Numbered from the stretch's first letter, positions 1 to 10,009 are shown. The stretch: 36,259 nt of DNA from Myxococcota bacterium (GCA_035687825.1 DASRUS010000237.1:1-36259), one strand, 5' to 3'. Notes: generated by a model not told the origin, from the letters alone. Numbers and translations are program-made.

Positions 1-3000
1 CGTCGAAGTCGTCGATCTCCTGGTCGTCGAGGCTGTTGCACTTGCCGCTGCCGTTGCCCTGGAACGGGTTGTCCGGCTGGTTCTGGCACGCGCCCGTGAG
101 GGGGTTGACACCGGTGGGCGCGAAGAAGCGACCCTGTCCGAAGGCCGAAGTGTTCCACAGGACGGCCCGGCGCGGTCCGACCGAGCGCGCTTTGAAGCCG
201 CGCAGCTGGTACGTGCCGAGGCCACCCAGGAAGTAGCGCTCGGTCAGCGGCAGATCGAGGTCGTCGTCGATCTGATCGAGCGTGCAAGTCTCGGGGTTGA
301 AGGGGCAGCCCGAAGCCCCCTCCCCCAGGTCCCAATCCCCGATCTCGTTGAAGGGCAGCGCCCAGCCCGTGCGCGCCGAGAAGCTGAAGCTGGAGCTGTC
401 CTTGAGCGGCACGAAGTCCGGCAGCCACTCCGGCATGGGCGTGTACCAGGACGCGCGCCCCTCCAGGCGCGCGAACTGGCTGAAGCCGCCGAGCCCCGCC
501 CAGTCGACGCCGCCGAAGAGCTGATAGCCGCGCTTCGGGAGCACGCGGTCGTCGCGCGTGTCGCGGCGGAAGCCGAGGCCGATGAGGCTCGTCGTCTCCT
601 CGCCCTGCTCGAGCTCGCGCTGGATGAGCGAGGCCGCGTTCACCCCCTCGATGGTGCCGACGCCGGGAACGACGATGGCGTAGCCGCTTTCGTCGATCTT
701 CCGGGCGGCGTACCCGTAGCGCACGAAGCCCCGCGTGCGGCCCTCCTCGTCGAGGGCGCGACCCAGGGAGAGATCCACGCCCGAGTTCTCGCTCTGGAAG
801 TCCTCGTACTCGATGTCGGTGCTGAACGCCGTGGCGCCCGCGGACCACGGCGACCCGAGGAAGTAGGGGTCGTTCAGCGAGAGGAAGAAGCGGTCCGTAT
901 TGCCGCCGATGTCGGCGCTGAGCTGCGCGGAGTAGCCGCGCCCGAACAGGTTCGCCTGGGAGAGGCTTCCGGAGACGATGAAGCCCTCCTGGGACGAGAG
1001 GCCCGCGCCGAAGGAGATCGAGCCCGTGGGCTTCTCCACCACCTTCACGCCGAGGTCGAGCTCTTCCGGGCGGTCCGTGCTCTTGGGCTCGAAGTTGACC
1101 TCTTCGAAGAAGCCGAGGCCCTTCAAGCGGTTCTCGGAGAGCCGCAGGCGCCGGGCGGAGTAGAGCTCGCCCTCCACGATCTGCATCTCCCGGCGGATCA
1201 CGGGGTCCAGCGTCGTGGTGTTGCCCGCGATGTCGATCTCGCGCACGAAGTAGAGCGGCCCCTTCGCCACCTCGAAGGTGACGTCCACGATGCGCGTCTC
1301 GGAGTCCACGCGCGTGCGCGGCTCGACGCCCGCCTGGAAGAAGCCCCGGTCGCGGTAGCGGTCGGCGAGGGTCTCCACGTCGGTGGTGAGCGCGGAGCGG
1401 TCGAACCACTCGCCGGGCACGAGGGTGAGATCCTCGCGCAGCGTCGGCAGGTCGAGCGTCTCGTCGCCCGCCACGTCGAGCTTGCCGACCTTGTAGCGCT
1501 CCCCCTCGTGCAGCCGCACCACGACGAAGAGCCCGTCCTGCTGCGGGTTCACCTCGGGCTCCTCGAGCTCCACCTGGATGAAGCCCGCGTCCTGGTACTT
1601 CTTCACCACGCTGTCGAGGTCCTGCTGGAAGACCGGCTCGGCGTAGGTGCCGGACTTGTCGAGGAAGCGCGTCGCGTAGGAGTAGAAGCGCCAGGGCTTG
1701 GTCTTGAAGCCGCGCCGCAGCTCGTCGTCGCTGAAGTGCTGGTTGCCCTCGAACTCGATGGCGCGCAGCCGGAGCTTCCGGCCCTCGTCCACGTTGAAGT
1801 GCACCGCCACCGCGCCGCCCTCCAGGGGCTCCACCTCGTGCTCCACGCTCGCGAGGTAGAAGCCCTCGGCGCGGTAGAGCGCCTCGATGCGCTGCTGGTT
1901 CTCCACGAGGAGCGGAAGGTCCAGCGTGGCCCCCGTGGTGAGGGTGAGGATGTCGCGGATGCGGTCCTCGCCGAGGGACTCGTTGCCCGAGAGCGTGACC
2001 TGGCGGACGACGGGGTTCTCCTCCACCTCGAAGACGACGACCCGGCCCTCGGGCGAGTCCTCGGTCTCCACGCGCACGTCGCGGAAGAAGCCGAGGGCGA
2101 ACACCTCACGCACGTCTCGCGCGATCTGCGCGCGGTTCCACGGCTCGCCCGGGCGCGTGCCGATGCGCGCCTTGATCGCGTTCGTCTCGATGCGGCGGTT
2201 GCCGCGCACCTCGACCTGCGCCACGCGCTCGCCGCCCGCGCGGGCCGCCGCGGTCGCGGCGGGCAGCGCGAGGGCGGGCGCGGTCGCCGGCGCCTCCGCG
2301 CCCGGCAGCGGGGCGCCAGGGGCCTCCAACGTCTCCTGCACGAGGCGGTAGATCACGACGACACCGTCCGCCCGGGGCTCCGTCTCCACCGTCGCCGACG
2401 CGATGCCGGGGAGCGCGCCGAGCTGCTCCGCGTCGGCGCTCGCGAGCGCGGGGTCGAAGACGGCGCCCGCGCGCAGCTGCAGACCGGACATCGCGTCGAG
2501 CTCGAGCGACTCGGCGCCCACCACGCGCACCTCGCGGATCATCGGGCGATCCGACCCGCCGTCCAGGACCTCGAGGATGCGGTCCGCGAGCTCGTTCGTG
2601 CGCTCGAGGAGCTCGTCCTCGCCCGCGGCGCTCGCGGCGAGGCTGCGCAGCGACTCCCCCTCGCGCACGGGCGTCACCCGGACGTCCAGGCTGAAGCGGC
2701 CCGCGAGCTCGGTGAGGCTCCCCGCCACCACCCAGTCGGCGCCGAGCTCCGAGGCGAGCCGCCGCAGCGACGCCTCGGTGAGCTCACCGGCGGTGAAGCC
2801 GAGCAGCGCCTCGCGCACCACCACGGACTCGAGCACCTGGACGCGGCCGCTCGCCTCGAGTCGCGCGCTCAGGAGCTCCGCGAGCGACTTTTCCAGGTAG
2901 CCGAGGGGCTCCGCGCTGTGGATGCGGAAGGGGAGCACCGCCACCAGCACCTTCACCCGCTCGGCGCCGGTCTGCGGACTCGTCTGGGCCCGCGCCGGCC

Positions 3001-3094
3001 CGGCACCCCCGAGGAGCAGGGCGACCCCGAGCGCTGCGGAGCCCGCGAGCGAGCCGCGGCGGAGTCGATGTGCGCAGGGCGCGCGGGCTCTCAA
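1..3094 (-). CDS. bamA: Outer membrane protein assembly factor BamA (Omp85 family). The 3' end runs off the window, giving >1031 aa, and the protein has an N-terminal extension.
   Basis: Manual minus-strand translation gives a TTG start at 3094 preceded by GGGAG, then a signal peptide (MRARAPCAHRLRRGSLAGSAALGVALLLGGAGPARA). POTRA-like repeats follow (VEVRGNRRIETNAIKARIGTRPGEPW; RQVTLSGNESL; IEFEGNQHFSDDELR; REIDIAGNTTTLDPVIRREM). The barrel carries TERYFLGGLGTYQLRGF. The frame stays open to position 2. The ORF is absent from the track only because it has no stop inside the window. Confidence 0.9.
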   Translation of the reverse strand, partial: MRARAPCAHRLRRGSLAGSAALGVALLLGGAGPARAQTSPQTGAERVKVLVAVLPFRIHSAEPLGYLEKSLAELLSARLEASGRVQVLESVVVREALLGFTAGELTEASLRRLASELGADWVVAGSLTELAGRFSLDVRVTPVREGESLRSLAASAAGEDELLERTNELADRILEVLDGGSDRPMIREVRVVGAESLELDAMSGLQLRAGAVFDPALASADAEQLGALPGIASATVETEPRADGVVVIYRLVQETLEAPGAPLPGAEAPATAPALALPAATAAARAGGERVAQVEVRGNRRIETNAIKARIGTRPGEPWNRAQIARDVREVFALGFFRDVRVETEDSPEGRVVVFEVEENPVVRQVTLSGNESLGEDRIRDILTLTTGATLDLPLLVENQQRIEALYRAEGFYLASVEHEVEPLEGGAVAVHFNVDEGRKLRLRAIEFEGNQHFSDDELRRGFKTKPWRFYSYATRFLDKSGTYAEPVFQQDLDSVVKKYQDAGFIQVELEEPEVNPQQDGLFVVVRLHEGERYKVGKLDVAGDETLDLPTLREDLTLVPGEWFDRSALTTDVETLADRYRDRGFFQAGVEPRTRVDSETRIVDVTFEVAKGPLYFVREIDIAGNTTTLDPVIRREMQIVEGELYSARRLRLSENRLKGLGFFEEVNFEPKSTDRPEELDLGVKVVEKPTGSISFGAGLSSQEGFIVSGSLSQANLFGRGYSAQLSADIGGNTDRFFLSLNDPYFLGSPWSAGATAFSTDIEYEDFQSENSGVDLSLGRALDEEGRTRGFVRYGYAARKIDESGYAIVVPGVGTIEGVNAASLIQRELEQGEETTSLIGLGFRRDTRDDRVLPKRGYQLFGGVDWAGLGGFSQFARLEGRASWYTPMPEWLPDFVPLKDSSSFSFSARTGWALPFNEIGDWDLGEGASGCPFNPETCTLDQIDDDLDLPLTERYFLGGLGTYQLRGFKARSVGPRRAVLWNTSAFGQGRFFAPTGVNPLTGACQNQPDNPFQGNGSGKCNSLDDQEIDDFD

Positions 3095-3296
3095 TTCGGC
3101 TCCCGACGACCGATCGGGTGGCGACCTCTCCCGTCACCCCGACCGACACCCCGACGAGCGTGGGGACCGGCACCCAGGGCGGGCTCGAACGCGGCGGATT
3201 CTACTTGCGCCCCGCGGGCGGGGCAAGCCCGCGCTCGGCCGGATTGTCGAGGGATTCCGCGAGGATCCCGGGGCAGCTCGCGCGCGGACGCGCGCC

Positions 3297-3992
3297 TCAC
3301 GAGGCCCGCGGAGAAAGCGTCTCCACCAGGCGCCCGTCCACGAGGGTCGCGATGCGTCCGAGGCGGCGCGCCAGCGATTCGTTGTGCGTCACGACCACGA
3401 GCGCCGTGCCGCGGGTCTCGTTCATGCGCAGCAGCAGGTCGCTCACGCGATCCCCCGTCGCGGGGTCGAGGTTGCCCGTGGGCTCGTCCGCGAGCACGAG
3501 CGGCGGATCGAGGACGAGCGCGCGCGCCACGGCCACGCGCTGGCGCTCGCCGCCGGAGAGCTTTCCGATGGGATGGTGGAGGCGCTCCGCGAGGCCCACC
3601 TCGTCGAGCATGGCGGCGGCGCGCTCGCGCATGCGGGCGGGCTCCGCTCCGCGCAGCAGGCCCGGCATCATCACGTTCTCGAGCGCGCTGAACTCGGGGA
3701 GCAGGTGATGGAACTGGAACACGAAGCCGAGGCTCGTGTTGCGGAAGCGCGCCAGCTCGTCGGAGGGCTTCGCGAAGACGTCCTCGCCGCGGAAGCGCAC
3801 GCTGCCGGAGCTCGGATGGTCGATGGCGCCCAGGATGTGGAGCAGCGTGGACTTTCCCACGCCGGACTGCCCCACGATGGCGACGCGTTCGCCCTCGCGC
3901 ACGCACAGCTCCGCGCCGCGCAGCACCTCGATCGTGCCCTCGCCGGTGCGGAACGACTTGCTCACTCCCTCGACGCGGAGCAGATCACTCAT
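3297..3992 (-). CDS. lolD: Lipoprotein-releasing ABC transporter ATP-binding protein LolD
   Basis: I use the internal ATG of ORF 3297..4052 (MSDLLRVEGVSKSF...). It has Walker A GQSGVGKST, signature LSGGERQR, Walker B LVLADEPTGNLD, and the LolD-typical LLPEFSALENVMMP. The ATG overlaps the stop of the upstream permease gene (ATGAGTGA). Confidence 0.9.
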   Translation of the reverse strand: MSDLLRVEGVSKSFRTGEGTIEVLRGAELCVREGERVAIVGQSGVGKSTLLHILGAIDHPSSGSVRFRGEDVFAKPSDELARFRNTSLGFVFQFHHLLPEFSALENVMMPGLLRGAEPARMRERAAAMLDEVGLAERLHHPIGKLSGGERQRVAVARALVLDPPLVLADEPTGNLDPATGDRVSDLLLRMNETRGTALVVVTHNESLARRLGRIATLVDGRLVETLSPRAS

Positions 3993-5766
3993 AGCGGAGC
4001 GCCTCCGCTGGATCGAGGCGCGAGCCCTGCCGGCTCGGCAGCCAGGTGGCACCGAGGGAGAGCACCATCGCGATGGTGGCCACGCCCGCGATCTGGAGCA
4101 GGTCGAACTCGAAGGGGAAATGCGAGAACTGGTAGACGCTCGCCGGGAGGGTGTCGATCCCGGTGAGCGCCTCGACCTGGTCCTGGATGAAGTCGAGCCG
4201 CGTGGTCACCGCGACGCCCGCCACGATGCCGAGCACGGTGCCCAGAAGACCGATCAGCGTGCCCTCGATGGCGAAGATGCGCTCCACCGCGGCGTCCGAG
4301 GCGCCCATCGCCTTCAGGATCGCGATGTCGCTCGACTTCTCCATGATCATCATGACGAGGGTCGCCACGATCACGAAGGCCGCCACCACCATGATCATGG
4401 TGAGCAGCACGAACATCATGACGCGCTCGGTCTTGAGCGCCTGGAAGAAGGCGGGGAAGACCTCCTTCCAGTCGCGGGTGAAGTACGGGAAGCCGAGCGT
4501 CTCCTCGACGCTCGTCGCCACGCGCGCCGAGCGGTAGAGATCCTCGGCGCGCACCTCGATCCCCTCCACCACGTCGTCCATGCGGCGGAACGACTGCGCG
4601 GCGGGGAGGCTCACGAACGTGAAGATCTCGTCGTACTGGAAGAAGCTCGATTGGAAGATCCCCGCCACGCGGAAGCGCGCGAGGCGCGGGCCCGGGCCGA
4701 GCGGGGTCGGCGGGCCGCCGAAGGGCGAGATCAGCAGCAGCGCGTCCTCCACCTCGAGGCCCAGCGCCGCGGCCAGGTGGCTCCCCACGACGATGCCGGG
4801 ATCCTGGCCGTTCGCTTCCGCGCCGAGGTCGGCGAGCGAGCCCGCCACGAGGTCCTGGCGCAGGTCGGTCACGTCGCCCACGCGCGTCGGATCGACGCCC
4901 CGGATCCGCACCCCCACGATCTCGCCGCCCGCGCCGCGCACCATGCCTTCGGCGTCGAGGAAGGGGGAGGCGCCCACCACGCCCGGGGTCCGGGACACGC
5001 GGTCCAGCACGTCGCGCCAGTCGCTGAAGGGCCCGAGGCCGCTGTGCACGGTGAAGTGCGCGCGGTTGCCGATGATCTCCTCGCGCCACACGCGCTCGAA
5101 GCCGTTCATCACCGAGAGCACGGTGATGATGAGCCAGACGCCCGCGGCCACCCCCCCGACGCAGATGAGCGTGATGATCGAGATGAAGGTCTGCCGCCGC
5201 TTGGCGACGAGGTAGCGCGCGGCGATGAACCACTCGGCGCTGCCGCGCAGGCCGAGGAAGCCCGCGGCGCCGAGCGGCACGAGGCCGAGCAGCACGGGCT
5301 CCGCCGGGCGCGGCAGCCCCGCGAAGGAGAAGCCGTGGCCGAGACCGACGGCGACCGCGGCGTACACCGCCCCCAGCCCGAGGAAGCCCGCCACGAAGAG
5401 GGCGCGGGAGCGGAGCACGGCGAGGAGGCCGCGCGCGATCGCGACCCACACGAAGGCGTGCAGGGCGACGGAGCCGAAGAGCCTCGCCCACGCGGCGACG
5501 GTCCCGCTCCAAGCGAGGATCGCCACCTCGGGCTGCACCTCCTCGAGCGCCACCGCCGCGAGCAGCGCGGCGCAGCCCAGGCAGAGTGCGGCGACGGGCA
5601 CGACGCCGCGCGCGGCGCGCGCGAAGCGCTCCAGCACCACCACCGCGGATCCGAGGAAGAAGAGCGTGAGCGCGGCGAGGCCGACGGCCAGCGCCACGAT
5701 GAAGGTGAGCGCGACGCTCCCGCCCGCCGCGGCGAGCGCCTGCCACAGGTTCGCGGCGGCGCTCAC
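3985..5766 (-). CDS. LolC/LolE-family lipoprotein-release permease (FtsX/MacB type) with a roughly 170-aa hydrophobic N-terminal extension
   Basis: This is the C-terminal 593 codons of ORF 3985..7155. The canonical core starts at AEWFIAARYLVAKRRQTFISIITLICVGG and continues with the periplasmic domain and C-terminal FtsX helices (ILKAMGASDAAVERIFAIEG). The proposed GTG at 5766 overlaps the lysS stop (GTGA). The core is secure; the start codon is uncertain. Confidence 0.8.
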   Translation of the reverse strand: MSAAANLWQALAAAGGSVALTFIVALAVGLAALTLFFLGSAVVVLERFARAARGVVPVAALCLGCAALLAAVALEEVQPEVAILAWSGTVAAWARLFGSVALHAFVWVAIARGLLAVLRSRALFVAGFLGLGAVYAAVAVGLGHGFSFAGLPRPAEPVLLGLVPLGAAGFLGLRGSAEWFIAARYLVAKRRQTFISIITLICVGGVAAGVWLIITVLSVMNGFERVWREEIIGNRAHFTVHSGLGPFSDWRDVLDRVSRTPGVVGASPFLDAEGMVRGAGGEIVGVRIRGVDPTRVGDVTDLRQDLVAGSLADLGAEANGQDPGIVVGSHLAAALGLEVEDALLLISPFGGPPTPLGPGPRLARFRVAGIFQSSFFQYDEIFTFVSLPAAQSFRRMDDVVEGIEVRAEDLYRSARVATSVEETLGFPYFTRDWKEVFPAFFQALKTERVMMFVLLTMIMVVAAFVIVATLVMMIMEKSSDIAILKAMGASDAAVERIFAIEGTLIGLLGTVLGIVAGVAVTTRLDFIQDQVEALTGIDTLPASVYQFSHFPFEFDLLQIAGVATIAMVLSLGATWLPSRQGSRLDPAEALRYE

Positions 5767-7244
5767 GTCCGCTCCGGTCTCATGTACGGGAAGAGCAGCA
5801 CCTCGCGCAGGTGCGCCGCGTCGGCGAGCAGCATCACCAGCCGGTCGATCCCCACGCCGAGCCCGCCCGTGGGCGGCATGCCGTGCTCCAGGGCCTCGAG
5901 GAAGTCTTCGTCCAGCGGGTGCGCCTCTTCGTCCCCCGCCGTGCGCGCCTGGCGCTGCTCCTCGAAGCGCGCGCGCTGGTCGTCGGGGTCGTTGAGCTCG
6001 CTGAAGGCGTTCGCGAGCTCCATGCCGGCCGCGAAGAGCTCGAAACGCTCCACGAGGCGCGGATCGTCGGACGAGCGCTTCGCGAGCGGCGAGAGCTCGA
6101 CGGGGTAGTCCACGAGGAAGGTCGGCTGCAGGAGCTTCGGCTCCACGTGCTCGCTCTGCAGATGATCCACGAGCCGGCCCCAGGTGGGCGCGTCGCCGGC
6201 GTCGAGACCGGCGTGGCTCACCGCCGCGCGCAGGGACGTCAGGTCGTGGCAGGCGAGCACGTCGATTCCCGTCTCGTCGCGAATCGCGTCGGCGAGTCGC
6301 CTGCGCGGCCACGCCCCCCCGAACTCGAGCGTCTCGCCACGGTAGGAGACTTGCGTCTTCCCCTGCTGCGTCTCGCGCACCACGTGCTGCAGCATGGCCT
6401 GCACCAGCTCCATCATGTCGTGGTAGTCGGCGTAGGCCTGGTAGCACTCCAGCATGGTGAACTCGGGGTTGCGCTTGCGCGAGACCCCCTCGTTGCGGAA
6501 GGAGTGGCCGATCTCGTAGACGCGGTCGAGACCGCCGATCACGAGGCGCTTCAGATACAGCTCGTCCGCGATGCGCAGGTACACGTCCTGGTCGTAGACG
6601 TTGTAGTGGGTGACGAACGGGCGCGCGCTCCCGCCCCCGTAGAGCGGCTGGAGGATGGGCGTCTCCACCTCGAGGAAGCCGCGGCCGTCGAGGAAGCTCC
6701 GCACGGCGCGGATCGCCCGGGCGCGCATCCGCACCATCTCCCGAACCGTCGGGTTCGTGAGCAGGTCGAGATAGCGCTGGCGGTAGCGCGCCTCCACGTC
6801 CTGGAGGCCGTGCCACTTCTCGGGCAGCGGGCGCAGCGCTTTGGCGAGCAGCGTGAAGGCGTCCGCCGCCACCGTGAGCTCGCCCGCCTTGGTCCGCCAC
6901 ACGCGGCCCTCCACGCGCACGAAGTCGCCCACGTCGAGGCAGGCGGCGAGGGCGAAGGCCTCGGGGCCGAGCTCGCCCTTGCGCGCGCTCACCTGGAGCT
7001 TCCCGCCGCCCTCGAGGAGATCGAGGAAGAGGAGCTTGCCGAACGAGCGGCGCGCCAGGATGCGTCCCACCACCGCGACGCGGTTCTGCTCGGCGTCGAG
7101 GAGCTCCGCGCTCTTCTCGCAGTGCGCGCGCGCGACGTCCGCGAGCGGGGTCCACGCCGGGACGCGCGCCGGGTACGGATCCACCCCGCTCTGGCGCAGC
7201 GCCGCCAGCCGCTCGCGGCGCGCCGCGCGCTCCTGCTCGCTCAC
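5763..7244 (-). CDS. lysS: Lysyl-tRNA synthetase, class II
   Basis: The 493-aa product begins VSEQERAARRERLAALRQSG. It has an OB-fold region and class II motifs (FLEVETPILQ; YLRIADELYLKRL; EIGHSFRNEG; GGLGVGIDRLVML). The GTG at 7244 overlaps the prfB stop (GTGA). The part of ORF 5763..7541 upstream of that is Arg/Pro-rich junk. Confidence 0.95.
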   Translation of the reverse strand: MSEQERAARRERLAALRQSGVDPYPARVPAWTPLADVARAHCEKSAELLDAEQNRVAVVGRILARRSFGKLLFLDLLEGGGKLQVSARKGELGPEAFALAACLDVGDFVRVEGRVWRTKAGELTVAADAFTLLAKALRPLPEKWHGLQDVEARYRQRYLDLLTNPTVREMVRMRARAIRAVRSFLDGRGFLEVETPILQPLYGGGSARPFVTHYNVYDQDVYLRIADELYLKRLVIGGLDRVYEIGHSFRNEGVSRKRNPEFTMLECYQAYADYHDMMELVQAMLQHVVRETQQGKTQVSYRGETLEFGGAWPRRRLADAIRDETGIDVLACHDLTSLRAAVSHAGLDAGDAPTWGRLVDHLQSEHVEPKLLQPTFLVDYPVELSPLAKRSSDDPRLVERFELFAAGMELANAFSELNDPDDQRARFEEQRQARTAGDEEAHPLDEDFLEALEHGMPPTGGLGVGIDRLVMLLADAAHLREVLLFPYMRPERT

Positions 7245-8384
7245 GAGGCGCTCCGCGCCTGGGCGCGCTGGAGCAGCGTCGCGCGGATGAAGCGGTCCAC
7301 GTCGCCCTCGAGCACCCCGTCGGCGTTGCCGACCTCGAGGCCCGTGCGGTGGTCCTTCACGCGCTGGCTCGGGTGCAGGGTGTACGAGCGGATTTGGCTC
7401 CCGAAGCCGATCTCGCGCTGCTCGCCGCGCAGCGCGGCGAGCTTCGCCTCCTGCTCCTCCCGCGCGCGCTCGTAGAGGCGGGCGCGCAGCACCTTCATGG
7501 CCTGGGCGCGGTTCTTGTGCTGGGAGCGCTCGTTCTGGCACTGCACCACGATGCCCGTGGGGAGATGCGTGAGGCGCACCGCGGAGTCGGTCTTGTTCAC
7601 GTGCTGACCGCCGGCCCCTCCCGCCCGGTAGGTGTCCACGCGCAGGTCCTTCTCGTCGATCTCCACCTCCACCGTGTCGTCGATCTCGGGGAAGACCGAG
7701 ACGCTCGCGAACGCGGTGTGGCGGCGGTGCTGCGCGTCGAAGGGCGAGATGCGCACGAGGCGGTGCACGCCCTCCTCGGCCTTCAGGTAGCCGAACGCGT
7801 TCTCGCCGGAGATCGTGGCCGTCGCGCTGCGGATGCCCGCCTCCTCGCCGGGCTGGAGGTCGAGCATCTCGGTCGCGAAGCCGCGCCGCTCCGCCCAGCG
7901 CAGGTACATGCGCAGCAGCATCTCCGCCCAGTCGCAGGCGTCGGTGCCCCCGGCGCCGGCGTTGATGGAGACGATGGCGGGGAGCGCGTCGTGCTCGCCG
8001 CCCAGGAGCCGGCGCAGCTCCAGCTCCTCGAGCTGCGCCTCGGCCTCGGCCAGCCTTTGGGCGGATTCGGCGAGGCTCTCGTCGTCGCCCGCCTCGCGGG
8101 CGAGCTCGAGCAGCACCTCGGCGTCCTCCACGCCGCGCTCGAGCGCCCGCAGCGCCTCGAGCTCGCGCTCCACCGAGCGGCGCTCGCGCAGCAGCCGCTC
8201 GGCGCGCTCGCGGTCCTGCCAGAGGTCGGGGCGCGCGGCCTCGGCCTCGAGCGCGTCCCGCCGGCGGGTCAGCGTCGCGACGTCAAAGACGCCCCCGGAG
8301 CTCGTCGAAGCGGTCGCGCAGCCCCCGCGCGCGCTCGGCGAGCTCGGTGACGTCGAGGCTCGGCCTCGCCTGGCTCTCGCTCAT
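7241..8384 (-). CDS. prfB: Peptide chain release factor 2, made from two frames by programmed +1 frameshift: join(8384..8286, 8284..7241)
   Basis: Frame 0 reads [33 protein letters not shown] and stops at TGA 8285..8283. The +1 frame continues DVATLTRRRDALEAEAARPDLWQDRERAE... into ORF 7241..8173. That part carries the RF2 SPF motif (RISPFD) and GGQ (GAGGQHVNKTDSAVR). Confidence 0.95.
8282..8298 (-). promoter_or_regulatory. RF2 autoregulatory +1 frameshift site: internal SD-like GGGGG, 3-nt spacer, CTT TGA C
   Basis: The minus strand reads CC GGGGG CGT CTT TGA C. This has the same architecture as the E. coli prfB site AGGGGG TAT CTT TGA C. Confidence 0.9.
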
Positions 8385-10009
8385 GATCCCCCCGCGGCCC
8401 GCGACGCCCGTCGCCGCGCGACGACCGCCGCCCCGACGACCGCCGCCCAGCAGCTCCAGGCGAACACGTCGCCGTGTCGCACGTAGTACGTTCGCCCCGC
8501 CTCCGGCGATCGCAAGGGCACGTCCGCCACGAGGAGTCCGGCCTCGAAGATCGGCGTCTGCTCGCGCACGCGGCCCCGCTCGTCGATGAAGGCCGAGACG
8601 CCCGTGTTCGCCGCCCTCGCCGTCCAGACCCCGGTCTCCGCGGAGCGGAGCGCCGTGATCGCGAGGAACTGGTAGGGCGCCCCGGTCCGCCCGTACCACG
8701 CGTCGTTCGTGATGGCGAAGAGGACCTGGGCTCCCCCCGCGACGAAACGGCGCACGAGGTCCGGGAAGAGCAGTTCATAGCAGATGGGGATCCCGGCGGA
8801 GAGGGCCCCGCCGCCCGGCGGCTCGAGGGGGATCGCCCGGGGCGCCTCCCCCGGGCTCACGTCGCCCGAGGTCATGCCCGACGCCACCGTGGAGAGGAAG
8901 GCGCCGAGGAGCGCGCGGAGCGGAACGTACTCGCCGTAGGGGACGAGGTGGGTCTTGTCGTAGCGGTCGAGCACGCGGCCCTGGGCGTCGATCACGAAGG
9001 CGCTGTCGTAGTAGTGGACGGGCATGCCCTTCCCCGCCCCGGGGTCTTGCGGCTCGATCCCCACGGATCCCACCACGAGGAGGGCGCCCGTCTCCCGGGC
9101 GAGCGCGCTCACGCGCTCGGCGAGATCGAGGTGGATCGAGAGCGAGCCCGGCACCGCCGTCTCGGGCCAGACCACGACGCGGGCACCCTGCGCCGCGGCC
9201 CGGCGCGTGAGATCCTCGTAGCCGGCGAGGGTGCGCTCCGCGAAGGCGGGGCTCCACTTGACGCCCTGGTCGATGTTGCCTTGCAGGATCGCGACGCGGA
9301 GCGCCGGCTGCGCGGGGATCGGATCCGGCGCGGCGAGGGGGCCGAGGGCGTGGAGCAGCACGACTCCGGCGAGCGCCGCGAGACCCGCGGGCAGCGCGCG
9401 ACGCTCCGCGAGCCTCGCCAGCCCCGCGCCGCCGAGGGCGGTGGCGAACGAGAGGCCGTAGACGCCGGTCCAGGCCGCGAGGCCGAGGAGCAGGGGACTC
9501 TGGTGCTGCGCGTAGCCGAGCGTGGCCCACGGGAAGCCGGTGAGCGCGAAGGAACGCAGATGATCCAGGGCGGTCCACAGGGCGGCCGCGACGAAGGGCG
9601 AGGTCACCCCGCGCCGCGCGAGCCACGACCCGCCGGCAGCGAAGGCGGACGTGAAGGCGGCGATGTAGCTCGCCAGGGCGAGCGGGGCGATCACACCCAC
9701 CACCGGCGGCGCGTTCCCGTAGCGCACCGTGACCACGTAGATCCAGTGCAGCACCGCGCAGTGGGCCGCGAGGCCGGCCAGGAAGCCGAGCCGCGCCGCA
9801 GGCCCCGGCGCGAGGCCACGCACCGCGAGGAGGAGGCACGCGGGCGCGAGCCAGGAGGCGGCGAGGCCGAGATCGACGACCCGGCCCGCGACCACCTGGG
9901 GGAACGCCCAGAACGTCGCGACCGCGAAGGCCGCGCCCCACGCGAGGCGCGCGGCGCGGCGCGGATCCGTGCCCGCGCGACCCCCGTTCACCGCGCGACG
10001 CTCCGCCAC
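8381..10009 (-). CDS. lnt: Apolipoprotein N-acyltransferase Lnt
   Basis: The 542-aa ORF has a polytopic N-terminal half and a C-terminal nitrilase/CN-hydrolase domain (VVWPETAV..., [30 protein letters not shown]). Its stop overlaps the prfB ATG (ATGA). An alternative GTG start at 9991 would give a GTGA overlap with the ybeY stop. Confidence 0.9.
   Translation of the reverse strand: MAERRAVNGGRAGTDPRRAARLAWGAAFAVATFWAFPQVVAGRVVDLGLAASWLAPACLLLAVRGLAPGPAARLGFLAGLAAHCAVLHWIYVVTVRYGNAPPVVGVIAPLALASYIAAFTSAFAAGGSWLARRGVTSPFVAAALWTALDHLRSFALTGFPWATLGYAQHQSPLLLGLAAWTGVYGLSFATALGGAGLARLAERRALPAGLAALAGVVLLHALGPLAAPDPIPAQPALRVAILQGNIDQGVKWSPAFAERTLAGYEDLTRRAAAQGARVVVWPETAVPGSLSIHLDLAERVSALARETGALLVVGSVGIEPQDPGAGKGMPVHYYDSAFVIDAQGRVLDRYDKTHLVPYGEYVPLRALLGAFLSTVASGMTSGDVSPGEAPRAIPLEPPGGGALSAGIPICYELLFPDLVRRFVAGGAQVLFAITNDAWYGRTGAPYQFLAITALRSAETGVWTARAANTGVSAFIDERGRVREQTPIFEAGLLVADVPLRSPEAGRTYYVRHGDVFAWSCWAAVVGAAVVARRRASRAAGGS

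Noticed and set aside
3204-3227. A GC-rich hairpin (cttgcgccccgc ggg cggggcaag) between lolD and bamA, considered as an intrinsic terminator.
   Set aside because: The stem is bulged and there is no U-tract on either strand. Such hairpins are expected by chance at this GC content.
1508-3691. A long plus-strand ORF of 727 aa. Similar long plus-strand ORFs occur at 3736..6108, 5811..7475, 8474..10066, 9969..13382, 19198..22788, 20288..24355, 23190..25490, 26159..29128 and 29356..31431.
   Set aside because: Their translations are dominated by Arg/Ala/Gly/Pro/His/Asp runs with no recognisable motifs. Each lies antisense to a minus-strand gene with clear family signatures. These are typical shadow ORFs of a >70 % GC genome.
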